A model generated the notes under the pieces. It was not told the DNA's origin. It saw only the letters and a list, made by a program, of their open reading frames with translations, and did not search any database. A stretch of DNA of 63,809 nucleotides, counting the filler, from Collodictyon triciliatum (taxonomy: Eukaryota), in NCBI GenBank assembly GCA_043381765.1. It is 8 parts of 8 records of this genome, joined end to end, with 100 filler letters (N's around TTAATTAATTAA, not from the genome) between each part and the next. Parts side by side here need not be neighbours in the genome. Positions count along the whole stretch, not along the records: positions 23,717 to 32,163 come from JBHJMP010003429.1; positions 32,264 to 40,698 come from JBHJMP010003430.1; positions 40,799 to 49,235 come from JBHJMP010003431.1; 5 more parts are not named here. The stretch is one strand, 5' to 3'. This document shows positions 30,033 to 43,489 of this stretch, piece by piece. Numbering within the stretch: position 1 is the first letter of the stretch; the number at the start of each line of letters is the position of its first letter. A program made the position numbers and the translations under genes.

Positions 30033-30895
30033 TCAGGTTATGGCAGCAGAAAGTAATTGAGGTTCGATGGTGTCTTCGCAAGCTAATACCCCAATTGCTT
30101 GCATCCAACTCGAAGGAGCCAGTGTGGAGACTATATGTACCCCAACCTTTCTCCCGCAGGAAGCTCTGCCCAAAAAAAACTCTTCGCCCAAAGCTGGGGT
30201 GCCGGGTGTGGCTGCCTTCTGTCCAGGCGTCACGGGGAAATTTTCATCTGTTTAAGTCCATTTTCTTTGAATGGAACAAACGCATTCGTCCAATCCGAAT
30301 TCGGACCAAGCCACATGAGAGAACCCNNNNNNNNNNNNNNNNNNNNNNNNNNNNNNNNNNNNNNNNNNNNNNNNNNNNNNNNNNNNNNNNNNNNNNNNNN
30401 NNNNNNNNNNNNNNNNNNNNNNNNNNNNNNNNNNNNNNNNNNNNNNNNNNNNNNNNNNNNNNNNNNNNNNNNNNNNNNNNNNNNNNNNNNNNNNNNNNNN
30501 NNNNNNNNNNNNNNNNNNNNNNNNNNNNNNNNNNNNNNNNNNNNNNNNNNNNNNNNNNNNNNNNNNNNNNNNNNNNNNNNNNNNNNNNNNNNNNNNNNNN
30601 NNNNNNNNNNNNNNNNNNNNNNNNNNNNNNNNNNNNNNNNNNNNNNNNNNNNNNNNNNNNNNNNNNNNNNNNNNNNNNNNNNNNNNNNNNNNNNNNNNNN
30701 NNNNNNNNNNNNNNNNNNNNNNNNNNNNNNNNNNNNNNNNNNNNNNNNNNNNNNNNNNNNNNNNNNNNNNNNNNNNNNNNGAGAGAGAGAGAGAGAGAGA
30801 GGGAAGGATAGGTACTTTTTCGAGACCTTTGTTATGGAGTCTCCGAAGAGAAACATGAGAGGACGTTGCTCTTGCGGGGTTCTGATCTCGGCCAT
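30033..30895 (-). pseudogene. SGNH/GDSL esterase (IAH1-like) remnant spanning an assembly gap
   Basis: Exon 1 RPLMFLFGDSITK|GT, then SFLREKGWG-x11-DASNWGIS, aligns with IAH1 LLLFGDSIT..GGWG-x11-DVLNRGFS. An apparent frameshift and TGA follow, and no downstream catalytic blocks were found. Confidence 0.5.
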
Positions 30896-31439
30896 CTGCG
30901 AACTATCAAGCAAGCACGGCCTCTCGTCTGCTGACGGTTGCTGCGACTGTCTTTACAAAGCATTGGCATGTTAAGCAGAACCCTCTAGCCGCAAACAACC
31001 ACAGAGTTTACGGGCGAATGGTGCAAATCAACACGCAGGTAAAGTTTGTCGGCACGATCGAACGATAAGCAGGTCTTGTGAGAAGATAATGATAATAAAA
31101 ATAATAATAACGAAATTAAAAAGAAAGAGGAGAAAATGACGAATCACCTGAAGAGAAAAACAAGATAGAGCGAGTTCAGGACAAGGACGACTCGGAATTG
31201 CGTGCGTAGGCTGGTCAGCACCGGGTAGCATTTGCGAAGCATCTGAAGGTCGTTTTAGAGGTCTTCAACAACGGAGACAAACATGAAGGAAGATGTAGGA
31301 AGTAATTTGTGGTTTCCCAGTAGCGCCACACCCGCCCTCTGACACAACTCGCCTGAAGGCCCCCACCAGGAATGATAAACCATAGAGTTTTCGTGCGAGT
31401 TACACCCACAATCTCCCAGAGCCATCGGCCCTTGTTCTG

Positions 31440-32163
31440 TGTTGCTGCCCGCTTGTTTCAGGCGGACTTTAAGAATGGAGAGCAGCTTGAATAAAATCAC
31501 GGACGGAATAACACCACAGATGCTGACTTCAGCCAGACGCGAGAGAATCGAACGCATCGCTCTATCAGGGCTCTTCTGCCGCACTGACCAAAGGGAACCC
31601 AGGAGCAGAATCTGCACGGACCCGGATGCTACATCCGCCTTCGAGGTTGGCACAAGCTGCCCAGAACTACCATAACCGCAATCAACCAAAGAAAGAACTC
31701 ACCCAAGTCATAAATAAACACAAGGGTGACGAGGAAAACGTCATTATCCAACTCTGCGTTCAACCTAAGGATACACGGTAGCTTTTCCACACCAAAAAAA
31801 TAAATAAATAAAAAAACGGAAGAGTTTGCCAAGACGGAGGAGATTTTTTTTTCCTTTATTCGATGCCAAGACGGAGGAGATTAAAATACTTGGCCGCTTT
31901 TTTTGCCTGAACCAAGAGAGGCCACCCCTTCGCTCCGCTGTTATCAGCGATATCCCCCCTCAGGCTTCACCAAGGGCGACATCGAAGAGGCCTGAAAAGC
32001 AACATTCTCGCCTATCTTAGTTCACTACGAAGCCGAGGACAGGTCTGGACTAATGATACGCTGGTCAAGTTTCCGGCATCAGAACTACCTAAAGTACCAA
32101 ATAAGAATACAAACCTACAAGGATTCCGCCTTCCCTTCATACCTCGCCCCAAACGTAAAGAGA
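31440..32163 (+). mobile_element. Decayed LINE ORF1 fragment related to the element at 49336-51580
   Basis: Frameshift-corrected 31920-32080 reads SAVISDIP/SGFTKGDIEEA*KATFSPILVHYE/PRGQVWTNDTLVKF, versus VAHLSNIPLGVSWTNIFKAFSEYFTPIKVNWTKPGGICTNDALVTF at 51320-51460. The 5' limit is approximate. Confidence 0.6.
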
Positions 32164-32263
32164 NNNNNNNNNNNNNNNNNNNNNNNNNNNNNNNNNNNNN
32201 NNNNNNNTTAATTAATTAANNNNNNNNNNNNNNNNNNNNNNNNNNNNNNNNNNNNNNNNNNNN
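32164..32263. other. Artificial contig linker
   Basis: N44-TTAATTAATTAA-N44. Confidence 0.98.
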
Positions 32264-32420
32264 TACATACATACATACATACATACATACATACATACAT
32301 ACATACATACATACATACATACATACATACATACATACATACATACATACATACATACATACATACATACATACATACATACAAGTCCAGTTTAAAGTCC
32401 AGGGCCCTCGAAGCGGAGCC

Positions 32421-35400
32421 ATGACGGACGACGGAGCAAGTGTGGGGCTTCTTGATTCCCCGCCTCGCGTGACATATGCTGCGCCGGTGGTGAAAGGAAA
32501 GTATATTTCCATGAACGTGATTTCTGTCGATCCGCCTCGCAGCCCAAAAAAGACGTCGCTGGGAAAACTTTGGGCACGCATCAACGAAGACTCTGCGACA
32601 TCGCACGCAAACATCGAGTTTCAGCACCCCGCCCAACTTCTGCAGCAGTTTATTCACACGGAGATACCGTCTGTGGCTTTCTCGTCGAAATGGAATCTGT
32701 GGTACGTAGTTTAGAACAAGATCAATAGAAAGCAGTAAAAAAAAACGAAAAGAAAAGGCTGAAAGAAAGTAGGAATTAACATGACTTTATGAAGTTTTCC
32801 TTCTTTCTTTCGAAATAACTCGCAAGAGATAATGGTTTTGTCCATGTCAACTGCCTTGTAGACCGTCTCTTCGTTTAGACGGCTATTCTATTTTTCATGT
32901 ATTTAATTACACTCAATGTCGAACGTATGTGTGTTCTAGCTTCAAAGACAGTGATATGGAGGCAAGTTTTCTTGCAGAGCATGCAATCAAGTTTCGAAAA
33001 CTCTTCCTGACCTTCATGAGAATTCTTGGCCTGTTGAGCTTCTGCCTCTTTGCTTACAATTTGTATATGAGGTGACTGAAAATTATTCTAAATTGTTTCC
33101 GTCATGGAGGTATTTGCATATAACAGGCTCTTTATTATAAACAAAACAAAATAAAAAAGGACAATATACTCAAAAAAAAAAACTTCCCAATATATGGGAT
33201 GAAACTGCAGATATTATGTTTCCATGGGATTATCATTCGTCACCCTATGCTTTTATCCATTATCTGCACTGGTACTAAAGACAGAGAAAAGAACTACAAA
33301 GTACTTTAATCAACGAAATCATGCACATCATTATTCATGAAATAAAGGACACCATTATCATGCAAGCTTCATTTTATTTTTTGCACTAGCTCCGCCGTAT
33401 TTTTCTTATGTATCCTTCCTTTAGTTAACATTTTTACTTGCCTCCTATAATCATTCATAGGATGTATCGAAAATATGCAAACTTTACATTCTATGTTTCT
33501 ATTCTCGCCGTTCTTCTGTCCAGGGTATCGAATCATGACAAAAGTCCCTCCTACCTGATGGTTTTTGCCTTGGTGGTTTGTATCAATTTCAATTTCCCTT
33601 TCTTTTTTTTTTTTGGATTCATTAAAGTATAATAATAATACATGGAATAATTAGAGCAACTAACCACTTTACACGATAACTATATTTTTTTAAAATATAA
33701 ACACGATTTTCTCCATTTTATTTCCTCTCTTCATGTATTTAATACATGTATAAATTCTACTTCATGCATACTGCAGATATTTATGTTGGTTTTGAAGGGC
33801 CTTTTCATGGACAACATCATCATTTCGTTGGCTACGTGCTCAGCCATGCTAATTGTGTCAAGCACATACACGAGTAATGTTGAAATGCTACAATTAGCTG
33901 CACCCATCGCCTGTGTATCAACTAGCCTTGTTTTTCTGTCTTACACCATCGAGAAAGCAGACCGAAGGTATTGGGGTCCGATATTTCGACATTCTGACAA
34001 AGCATTTGAATTTCAGACTCACTCCAAAACATGCAATCTGACTAACTCGCTCTCTATGTTTTTTCTTCTTCTTCCTCTTCCTCTCTGTGGACAGGATATT
34101 TACTGTGGACCGAAGAGTCAAAGACCACTCGAAGCAATTCCTTCGCGATCGAGATCGAACCCTTCAAATATTGAAAAGTGTGTACCCCACGTAAGGCCCA
34201 TCCTCTTGAGAGATTACATCGGTGTATTTTAGTCTGTAATCCAGGCATAAACAAAAAGTCATTTATGAGACATTATAATAACAAGTGCATGCACTAGTCC
34301 GGTGGTCAACTGGCTACTTCAAAACCACACCATCGAGTTTCCTACATATCACTCATCAAACGCTGTTGTCTTGTCTGTGGACGTTTGTCAGTTTACGGAA
34401 ATCACGCGATATATGTCCTCCGAAGAAACCGTGAATTTCATCGGGCGTATTTTTTCGTAGGCTCCATTATCATCCGTTCCCAATATATGAATTTTTTTTT
34501 TCTTGTCTCAAGTGTTCGCTTGCCTGCAATTTACACTAAAAATATAATAAAATAAAAATTGAACGAATGTCCCCACCGACCAAATAGTACCTTCGATGGG
34601 ATCTGTCAGAGGTACATCCAACAAACCTAATATTTCACAATTCCAAATGCAAACAAACGTACCCCCTCTTTTTTTTCTTTTTTCTTTTTTTCATTTTTTC
34701 ACTCTTTTTGGAACTCGAGGCTTCATAAATAGATTAGTCATGCGAAACGCGACCATGAAAATAATTTTTAGCAACTTTTTAGCTTTATTACTCATTGCAT
34801 AGTCTCATCCTTTTTTTTTTTTTTCGATAGGCACTCAATAGAGAAGGTCAAATCGGTTGGTACGAAACAATTTTTTCTTCTTGAATTAATGGATACAATA
34901 TATCATGGCATCTTACACTAATGCCTTGATATTAACTAAAATACACTTTCTTGCTTATGTGTCTCCATATTGATCAGGAACGTGCTATATTGTGAGTTAC
35001 TCAAGTTCCCTACTAATTGAAAATTGTTTTTCTTTCTTTTTATTGTGCTAGAAACATGTCATTTAACCCATCGTTCGGAATAAGAATCAAGTATGTTAAC
35101 TGTGTCAATATCCTTTATATAGGCTGTTGGATCGCTTTTTGATTCCCTCTCCGATGATGCCATGAAAATGTGCCGCATAGCTCAGGATATCGTAAGCCAA
35201 TCCAAGGAATTAACAGGAGAGTTTTCTTTGCCCGTTGTAAGTTTTGCTTCCTTTTTTCTCTCCAATTTATCGCCCTTTTTGATTCAAATTGGCTATTAAA
35301 ATAATTCATTTATTCAATAACCGCTAGTGAAGGAAATGGTACAAATATATATTTCATCGGCTAATACTTTACTCTAGCCTCTGATGTGTCGTGTAGGAAT

Positions 35401-38400
35401 CCACAAGGGTATTTGTCACGGCCTTGTTGCTGACTGCCAACGAAACGCATTTGATATTTATGGGGAAGGTTGATTTTTCTTCCTTGTTTTTGTTTTTGTG
35501 TATGTTTTTGTTTTTGTTTTTGTTTTTGTTTTTGTTTTTGTTTTTGTTTTTGTTTTTGTTTTTGTTTTTGTTTTTGTGTATGTTTTTGTTTTTGTGTATG
35601 TTTTTGTTTTTGTGTATGTTTTTGTTTTTGTGTATGTTTTTGTGTATGTTTTTGTGTATGTTTTTGTGTATGTTTTTGTGTATGTTTTTTTTGTTTTTGT
35701 GTATGTTTTTGTTTTTGTTTTTGTTTTTGTTTTTGTTTTTGTTTTTGTTTTTGTTTTTGTTTTTGTTTTTGTTTTTGTTTTTGTTTTTGTTTTTGTTTTT
35801 GTTTTTCCTTTTTCTCTGGTATCCCCAATTTTGCCGCAAATAATTGAAATGTATTAATGTTTTATGCAGCCGTGAGTCATGCTTGGAAGCTTATGCGGAT
35901 GGCCAATCCAGACGAGATTCTAGTTTCAAGCGCTATTTTCATCGATTGCAAAGTGAGTAATCAGAAAGTAGCTTTTTGCTCTGGATGAGTGGGAAATATT
36001 CTTTATTCACCAAAGAAATATTTCACTTAACAATTGTACGAATATTACGTATAAGGATGAAATCGATTTCGAGCAAAGAGAAGAACCTGGCAATACCTAT
36101 GGATCGATATTTTCTTTGCTGGCTCACGAATGCGAAACAAAGCGCCATGACATGTCCTCTTTCTATTCATCAACATTTAGTCAGACAAAACTGTTGGATG
36201 AACAAGCTGAAGTATGTATTATTATCAGAAAATTGGAAGAAGAAAAAAGGAGTCGAGATAATCATATATAAGTATGTGTAATCATAGTATTTCATTTGAA
36301 TGGGGACAAACTGCAATCATAAAGAATTATTTATCACTTTCAAACTATAGCCGTCAGAACCGACATTTTTCTTTGGTGTTTGGCTGAAGGAGTTGTTTAC
36401 ATTCGGCACTTTCAAGTACGAGTGGATGTATCTCGGTATTGGATTCGAGGATGCAGAAGATGAGGCCTGTTTTTGGGAATTTTTCAGAAGTCGAGAGCGG
36501 CACGAGATGACCGGGTGAGTAGATTATGATGCAGTGAATTATATACCTTAACCATATTGAAATGGGCCGGCTAAAGCTTATTGGTATGCAATCTCCCTTC
36601 TTTCTTTTTCTTCTTACTATTACTGGTGTGTATGCAGGCGGCACTTCGCTATCACGATTGTTTCTTGTGTGATATGGGGCATCTTTGAAGTACACAGTTT
36701 CGACTCTTGCTCTATGTTTGAATACACTGCTGGTCTTGTTTTCTCTGCTCGATATGCAGTGATAATCCCCCTTCTTTTGCTGCTGTTTATGACACACCTG
36801 ATTTCAAACTCACAAATGGACGAGCGCTTTGGCGTGTTCTTAAGCCCACACTACTATTCAGTAATGGGCATGCTAATCTACGTGGTATATCTTGTGTTCA
36901 AGACCATCGTTCTTATTTCATCGAGCCTCGAATGCTTTGATATGACTATCATCGGCTACTCTGTCAATGAGCTTCTGTTTGGTATTGTTTTGGTGGCATC
37001 AAACCCCTCCACTTCATTGAAGCAGTGCAAGCTATTAACGCTGCCCTTGGTAGTTACATTAGTCTTGAGCACACTCGGGTTCGGCAACTTGTTGGGGTAA
37101 ATTCTTTCAAGATTTTATTATAAGATGAGCATTAACATGGGAGACTGTGGTAAACCAACACATCGATCGATAGTATATACTCATTATGTTCCCTTAGATT
37201 GTACACAGTAATCGCACGGGTTCTTTTTACGATTCCGTTTGTTTTGTTATGCTATTTTGGTGTGATGAAAAGCTGTTACAGTAAAGAAAAGCTCGTCCGG
37301 AATGAATATTCTTCTCTTAAAGAGCAAAGCCAGGTATAATGCCCATGATTATTGTTTCTTTATGATGTCATCACACAGAGTCTATTACTTTTTATCTGAT
37401 TTTACGAAATATAAAATCTTGTTATTTTTCATAATAATCAATTTCCTATCCTTTATGAGATCATTTGTTCTCATTTTGATGCTGATTTTCTATTCAAGAT
37501 GCTGGAAAAAGTTGAAGCGACACATGCACATGCGAAAAGCATCCTGCTCGCTACAATCCCGGAAAACATGTTGCAAAAGCTGCATGTAGACTCTATGATT
37601 TCATCAAATGAAATGGCACACACCGCCGTCATAGTGGTTGATATATGCGGATTTCATCGAATCGCAAGCAGTCTCAGCACTGAGCAACTAGCCTCCTTCT
37701 TATCATGTAAACGAGCAAAATCACGTTTCTGTTTGAATTTTTTTTTTTTTTAACAATCGATTCTTTTATTTGAACTGTAACTATGCCAATCTAACTTATT
37801 CTTGATGGCGTGCCTCTCTTTATTCTCGGATTTCTCCATTTCAGATTATTTTCAATTGCTGGACCAGTTATGCAAGGATTTTGATGTCGAGCCTGTTAAA
37901 GCAGCAAATGATACATATTTTGTAAATATTCGTACAATTTCGTGATTGAGACTATGGAATGGACGGCCAATATATTAGTTCTTTGTTAAAGGCCTCTAAT
38001 TTTATTTTATTTTAAAATACTCTCCTGAAACAATCCCTGAAATCGGCACAGGCTGTATCGTGTTTAAACAACAAGAATGGACAAAACCTTGAGCGTGTCT
38101 GCCACCTTGCTTTTCGAGTATGTTTGGACTTTCATCCATATTAATCTTATTTAATGCATGGAATTGCAACGTGGAAGATTTCATTTGATTAATAAACGTA
38201 AAATATCGAATTGTATCTAAAAAGGTACGAAGATATTCCCACCGAAACCATGCCTTTCTTTTCTTTCTTTTCGCATTTAGATACACGAAACCCTCGAACA
38301 TTACATCTTCCGCGGTATGGATTCCCAAGTTTCAGTCCGCATTGGTATCGCTTTTGGAACTGTTGTTGGCGGTGTCATTGGTAAGAGTTTGTTACGTTGA

Positions 38401-39135
38401 ATGTTGGGGATATATATATATATATGAACACTCTCTTAGAAATATACAATCAGATTTTCAGCAGTAATTAATTCACAAACCCTCGTATCAAATTTAGGGC
38501 AAACAAAATTTTCTTTCGATATATGGGGTTCTACAGGTAAAGTTTTTTTTTAGTCCACTGGATCCTTTTTTTTAAAAAAAAAAAAAAAAAGGAGATGGCA
38601 TTAATTATAAAATACAACCAAAAAATTCAATGAAATGTATAGTACGGGCGGCATGGAATATGCAGAGAACTGCCGATGCAAGCAGCATTCAGGTAAAATG
38701 ATAAATTACGCATACCTCTGCATTTTTTCAATCTGCTTTTTTATCCTTCTATAACAACAACTTCAGCCTCCCTTGACTATTTCTTCTTGGATGAAAAGAA
38801 ATGAAAAGAAAGGAACCCCATCTTCCAAGTTTTCCTTCTTTGTGCTCAGCACCAAAATTCTACACAAGACAAAAGCATCAAAGTGGGAAATAGCAGAGAA
38901 AAGAAAATAATACCGAAAACATAAATATAAACCATCGGAACAGGTGACGCCTGAGGCTTGGGATGCTCTCGTAGGAAGCAAAATGTTTGCAGTTGACGAA
39001 GTTCCGGGATTCACCACCTTGGGTGTTCCGTACACAAAACTCTATCTGAAACGGGTCAGTGATTCATGGAGGCTGTTTATCAGCAATGTTGAGTGGATTC
39101 CACAGGAGCTTTCTCCAATCCAGAGCGAAGGCTAA
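32421..39135 (+). CDS. Class III membrane adenylyl/guanylyl cyclase, TM-cluster/cyclase/TM-cluster/cyclase architecture, many exons
   Basis: Domain 1: VLSVDVCQFT..IEKVKSVG|TCYI..RVGIHKG..AFDIYGEA|VSHAWKLM. Domain 2: VIVVDICGF..VEPVKAANDTYF..VRIGIAFGTVVGGVIG|QTKFSFDIWGSTV|RAAWNMQ. Confidence 0.9.
35484..35806. repeat. (TGTTTT)n with TGTGTA variants, intronic
   Basis: Directly visible. Confidence 0.95.
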
Positions 39136-40318
39136 TTTTTCGGCGATGAAGCTTGTATCAGATTCTGTTTATCTTTCGGCGATTCCGATTCTACCATTCT
39201 GGAGCACAAGTTGTTAACTATTGCAATAATCCTGGGTGGGCCTCGCAAAAGTTGCATATTCATTATTATTCAGCACTGCAAAAGAAAAAAGTTTCTATTA
39301 GATGAATCCTTATTCCAAAGTCTATGCAATCGATACCGCCTTAATGCGATGTACGATTTTGCGTCCGCTCTTACGACACTTTCCATGCCCATTATGTTTT
39401 CCGCTTTCTTATTTCTTTTTTCTTTTTTCTCTTCTCTTTTTCTTTTTCTTTTTCTTTTTCTTTTTCTTTTTCTTTTTCTTTTTCTTTTTCTTTTTCTTTT
39501 TCTTTTTCTTTTTCGTTTTTCTTTTTTCTTTTTTCTTTTTTCTTTTTTCTCTTTTCTTTTTTCTTTTTTCTTTTTTCTCTTCTCTTTTTCTTTTTCTTTT
39601 TCTTTTTCTTTTTCTTTTTCGTTTTCTTTTTCGTTTTCTTTTTTCTCTTCTCTTTTTCGTTTTCTTTTTTCTCTTCTCTTTTTCTTTTTCTTTTTCTTCT
39701 TCGTTTTCTTTTTTCTCTTCTCTTTTTCTTTTTCGTTTTCTTTTTCGTTTTCTTTTTTCTCTTCTCTTTTTCTTTTTCGTTTTCTTTTTTCTCTTCTCTT
39801 TTTCGTTTTCGTTTTCTTTTTTCTTTTCCGCTTTCTTTTTTCTTTTTCTATTTTCTTTTTTCCTTTTTTTCCTTTTTTTCCTTTTTTTTTTCTTTTTCGT
39901 TTTCTTTTCTTTTCCTTTCTTTTTTTTGCTGTGTTTGTCATAATGTCAATATAAAATTTTCGAAAAGCATAAATCTTGCAACCTCTTCTGCCCTAATCAT
40001 AGCTCTATCTGCTATAATATCTGAAATATAGCGGAATATGATCAAAAAAAGTTTCTTGTGATCATCACTGATCATCAGCAAGATGAAATCTTGGCAAACC
40101 AGGCAGGACGACAGCCAGAAGGACTTTGTTGTGGAAGAGCGAAGGCTTGAAAGTCCACAGAATGGAGCTGCGTATTAGGCGCATGAGCACGGGACAACAA
40201 GCTTCTTTTCATTCCTGTTGAGATCCTGGGGTTGCAGCGCACGAAACGATCGCAAATTGGAAAAAAGAAAATAAAAAAAAAACCTCACAGTTCGTAGTCA
40301 GCACCCAGTGGTTTGTCG

Positions 40319-40431
40319 ATGGCAGAGCCGAATCCCCAGGAAATCATCCAGAAGTTCCAGTCGCTCCGCAGCGAGGTTCAAACGCTGAGCCAGAAAATCG
40401 CCGAGCTGGACTCTGAGCGGACTGAGCACAG
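40319..40431 (+). CDS. PFDN2: Prefoldin subunit 2, first exon only (3'-truncated)
   Basis: MAEPNPQEIIQKFQSLRSEVQTLSQKIAELDSERTEH|GTACGC matches the PFDN2 N-terminal helix (F..LR.E...LA.K.AELE....EH). Confidence 0.85.
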
Positions 40432-40698
40432 GTACGCAACAAATCAAGTGAAAAAAACCTGAATAATCCCTTTTTTTCCTTTTCTCTTTTTTCTCTTTTT
40501 TCTCTTTTTTCTCTTTTTTCTCTTTTTTCTCTTTTTTATCTTTTTTATCTTTTTTATCTTTTTTATCTTTTTTATCTTTTTTCTCTTTTTTCTCTTTTTT
40601 ATCTTTTTTATCTTTTTTATCTTTTTTATCTTTTTTATCTTTTTTATCTTTTTTATCTTTTTTATCTTTTTTATCTTTTTTATCTTTTTTATCTTTTT

Positions 40699-40798
40699 NN
40701 NNNNNNNNNNNNNNNNNNNNNNNNNNNNNNNNNNNNNNNNNNTTAATTAATTAANNNNNNNNNNNNNNNNNNNNNNNNNNNNNNNNNNNNNNNNNNNN
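40699..40798. other. Artificial contig linker
   Basis: N44-TTAATTAATTAA-N44. Confidence 0.98.
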
Positions 40799-40830
<32 letters not shown>

Positions 40831-40853
40831 TATGTTTAGAACGTGGTTTGATA

Positions 40854-40886
<33 letters not shown>

Positions 40887-41081
40887 CATACACAAAAAAA
40901 CTCAACAAAATAAAAATGCAACACAAGAAAGAGAATACTGGTATCAATGCTATCATATTCAAGGATAGACGAGGGACAGAATAAAACACGTCATTTTTTA
41001 GACCAATCTGCATTGCTTAAATCTCTCTGGCTTCTCTATTGTTTTGTGCCTCTTTTTGTTGCACACAAGCAGGGTGCTTAC

Positions 41082-43392
41082 TTGCTGTTATTTGCTGCTT
41101 GCTTTTTTCATAGTCTTCGCTCAAGGCTTGCAGTTGTTTCCTTCCATCCTCAATCTTGGCCTCGTTGTCAATGTCCTTCTGCTTGAATGCCTTGTAACAG
41201 TATACTCAGATTTGGTTTGATACCTCCCGTCCGCGCGGTTATGCACAACTCCGCATTACCGCGCAAACAACTGAATAATATAATGTAATAAAATGGAGAG
41301 AAAGAAAGAGGGAATGTTATTGGAGCAGAGGGAAAAAAAGTGGCAAATTCAAAACTGAGTGCGGCGGAGTTACTTTGATATCTTTGTTTGCGTTTTCTAA
41401 ATCCTCTTTGATTTTTGAAAGCTCCTTTGCTTTCTCCGTCAATAATACAGATTGTTTTGTATAGGCTTCGCTTATGTGTTTACTCTGTTTTGGAGGAATG
41501 TGAAACGTTTGCATGCATTGTTGTCCGTCAAGGAATGAATAAATCATTTAAACATGTGGTATTGCGAAGCGGCCTCTCTGTTTGCATGGCACATGCGGCA
41601 TCTCTCTCTTTTTTTTTTCTTTCTATTTTAAACTTGAGAAAATAACAAAGAGAAATAGTTGTATGTGATTAACCTCCTCAGCGAACTCGACAAGCTTGTA
41701 TTCATACTCTTTGACTTGCTCTCGAAGTTTTGATACCTCAGAAGACTTCTCCTGTTTCCATACGCAAAGTGCAATTATTAAAAAAAAAAAAAAAAGGACG
41801 ATGTTTTCTACCTTTGTGAACTTTGTCAGTCAACAATAAGGCAGGACTATCGAACAATAAAGAGAAAAAAAGTATCTACAGAAGCCGGCCAAAAAGAAGA
41901 AACCTTGTAGGAACGCTTTTGGGAGTCGTAGTCAGATTTTAATACAGTCATGGCCTGCAATCCATACATTTGTTAGAAATTCAAACCAAAAAGCTAAAGC
42001 ATGAACCGCATGGAGTACACAAATGGCACCTCTTTCGTTGTCTCCAACTGGTTCTGCAAATCTTCTGTCAAGTCAATCTGAGCTTCCAGCTGCCTCTTCA
42101 ACTCTCTGTGGGATTCCTCCTTAACAAACAAAAGAAAACGAAATCAAAAAGAAGCCAAAAAGAAGCCAAAAAGAAGCCAAAAAGAAGCCAAAAAGAAACC
42201 AAAAAGAAACCAAAAAGAAACCAAATAGAAACCAAAAGGAAACCAAAAAGAAACCAAAAAGAAACCAAAAGGAAACCAAAAAGAAACCAAAAAGAAACCA
42301 TAACAAAAAGAAAACAAAAAGAAAACGATAACAAAAAAACCAAAAGAAACCAAAAGAAACCAAAAGAAACCAAAAGAAACCAAACGAAATCAAAAAGAAA
42401 CCAAAAAGAAACCAAAAGAAACCAAAAATAAACCAAAAAGAAACCAAAAAGAAACCAAAAAGAAACCAAAAAGAAACCAAAAAGAAACCAAAAAGAAACC
42501 AAAAAGAAACCAAAAGAAAAGAAACCAAAAAGAAACCAAAAAGAAAACAAAAGAAAACGATAACAAAAAGAAAACAAAAAGAAAACAAAAAGAAAACAAA
42601 AAGAAAACAAAAAGAAAACGAAACCAAAAAGAAACCAAAAAGAAACCAAAAAGAAAACAAAAGAAAACGATAACAAAAAGAAAACAAAAAGAAACGAAAG
42701 AGCTACACGCACGAAGCAAACATACTACAATATCGCAGATATAAACTCTGTCTTACATAACACGTTCAAGTTGCAAAAAGAAAAGAAAAGAAAAAAGAAA
42801 AAAGAAAAAAGAAAAAAGAAAAAAGAAAAAAGAAAAAAGGAAAGAAAAAAAGGAAAGAAAAATAAAAGCAGGAGTGTGAAAATTAAAATTAATCACTGTT
42901 TCCTTGGAGTTACGCTTCATCTGGATAATACTATCAGATTGGTCTTCCAAGAGCTTGTCTTTTACTTGTAACTCCTATATAATGCGAATATATCAAGATA
43001 CATTTATCTCATGTGCGCTGAATTATTAGCTTAAATATGTTAATAAGGACAAAGGCATTAAATATATAATTACTAGGCGTAATTCTCCAATAATTCGAAC
43101 GAGTTCTTGATTTTCAGAGTTGGATTCCATCAACTTTTTTGTCACTTCATCCCTCTCTCGGCAGATTTCGGCTTTCTAAGGTTTAATATTAAGGAAATTC
43201 TCATCTTGTCAATTAATAAATTAATTTTAATAATTTTACAATATTATTTTAAGAAAGAAAATGAGTATCTCACGTAGCGAATGAGGTCGTCAATTTGCTG
43301 TTGGCTATTCGAAGATTTTTCTTCTAGCTGCCTCGTTTTCTCAGCAAGACGAGTCTGCATTAAGGTGAGTGCATTTAAGACTGAGCATGCTA

Positions 43393-43489
<97 letters not shown>

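Noticed and set aside
33410-33460. GTATCCTTCC, a perfect U12 donor motif, in the cyclase gene
   Set aside because: It would define a 51-nt intron with no clear branch site. A canonical intron 33301-33460 gives a better reading (VLKTEKRTTK-MYRKY).
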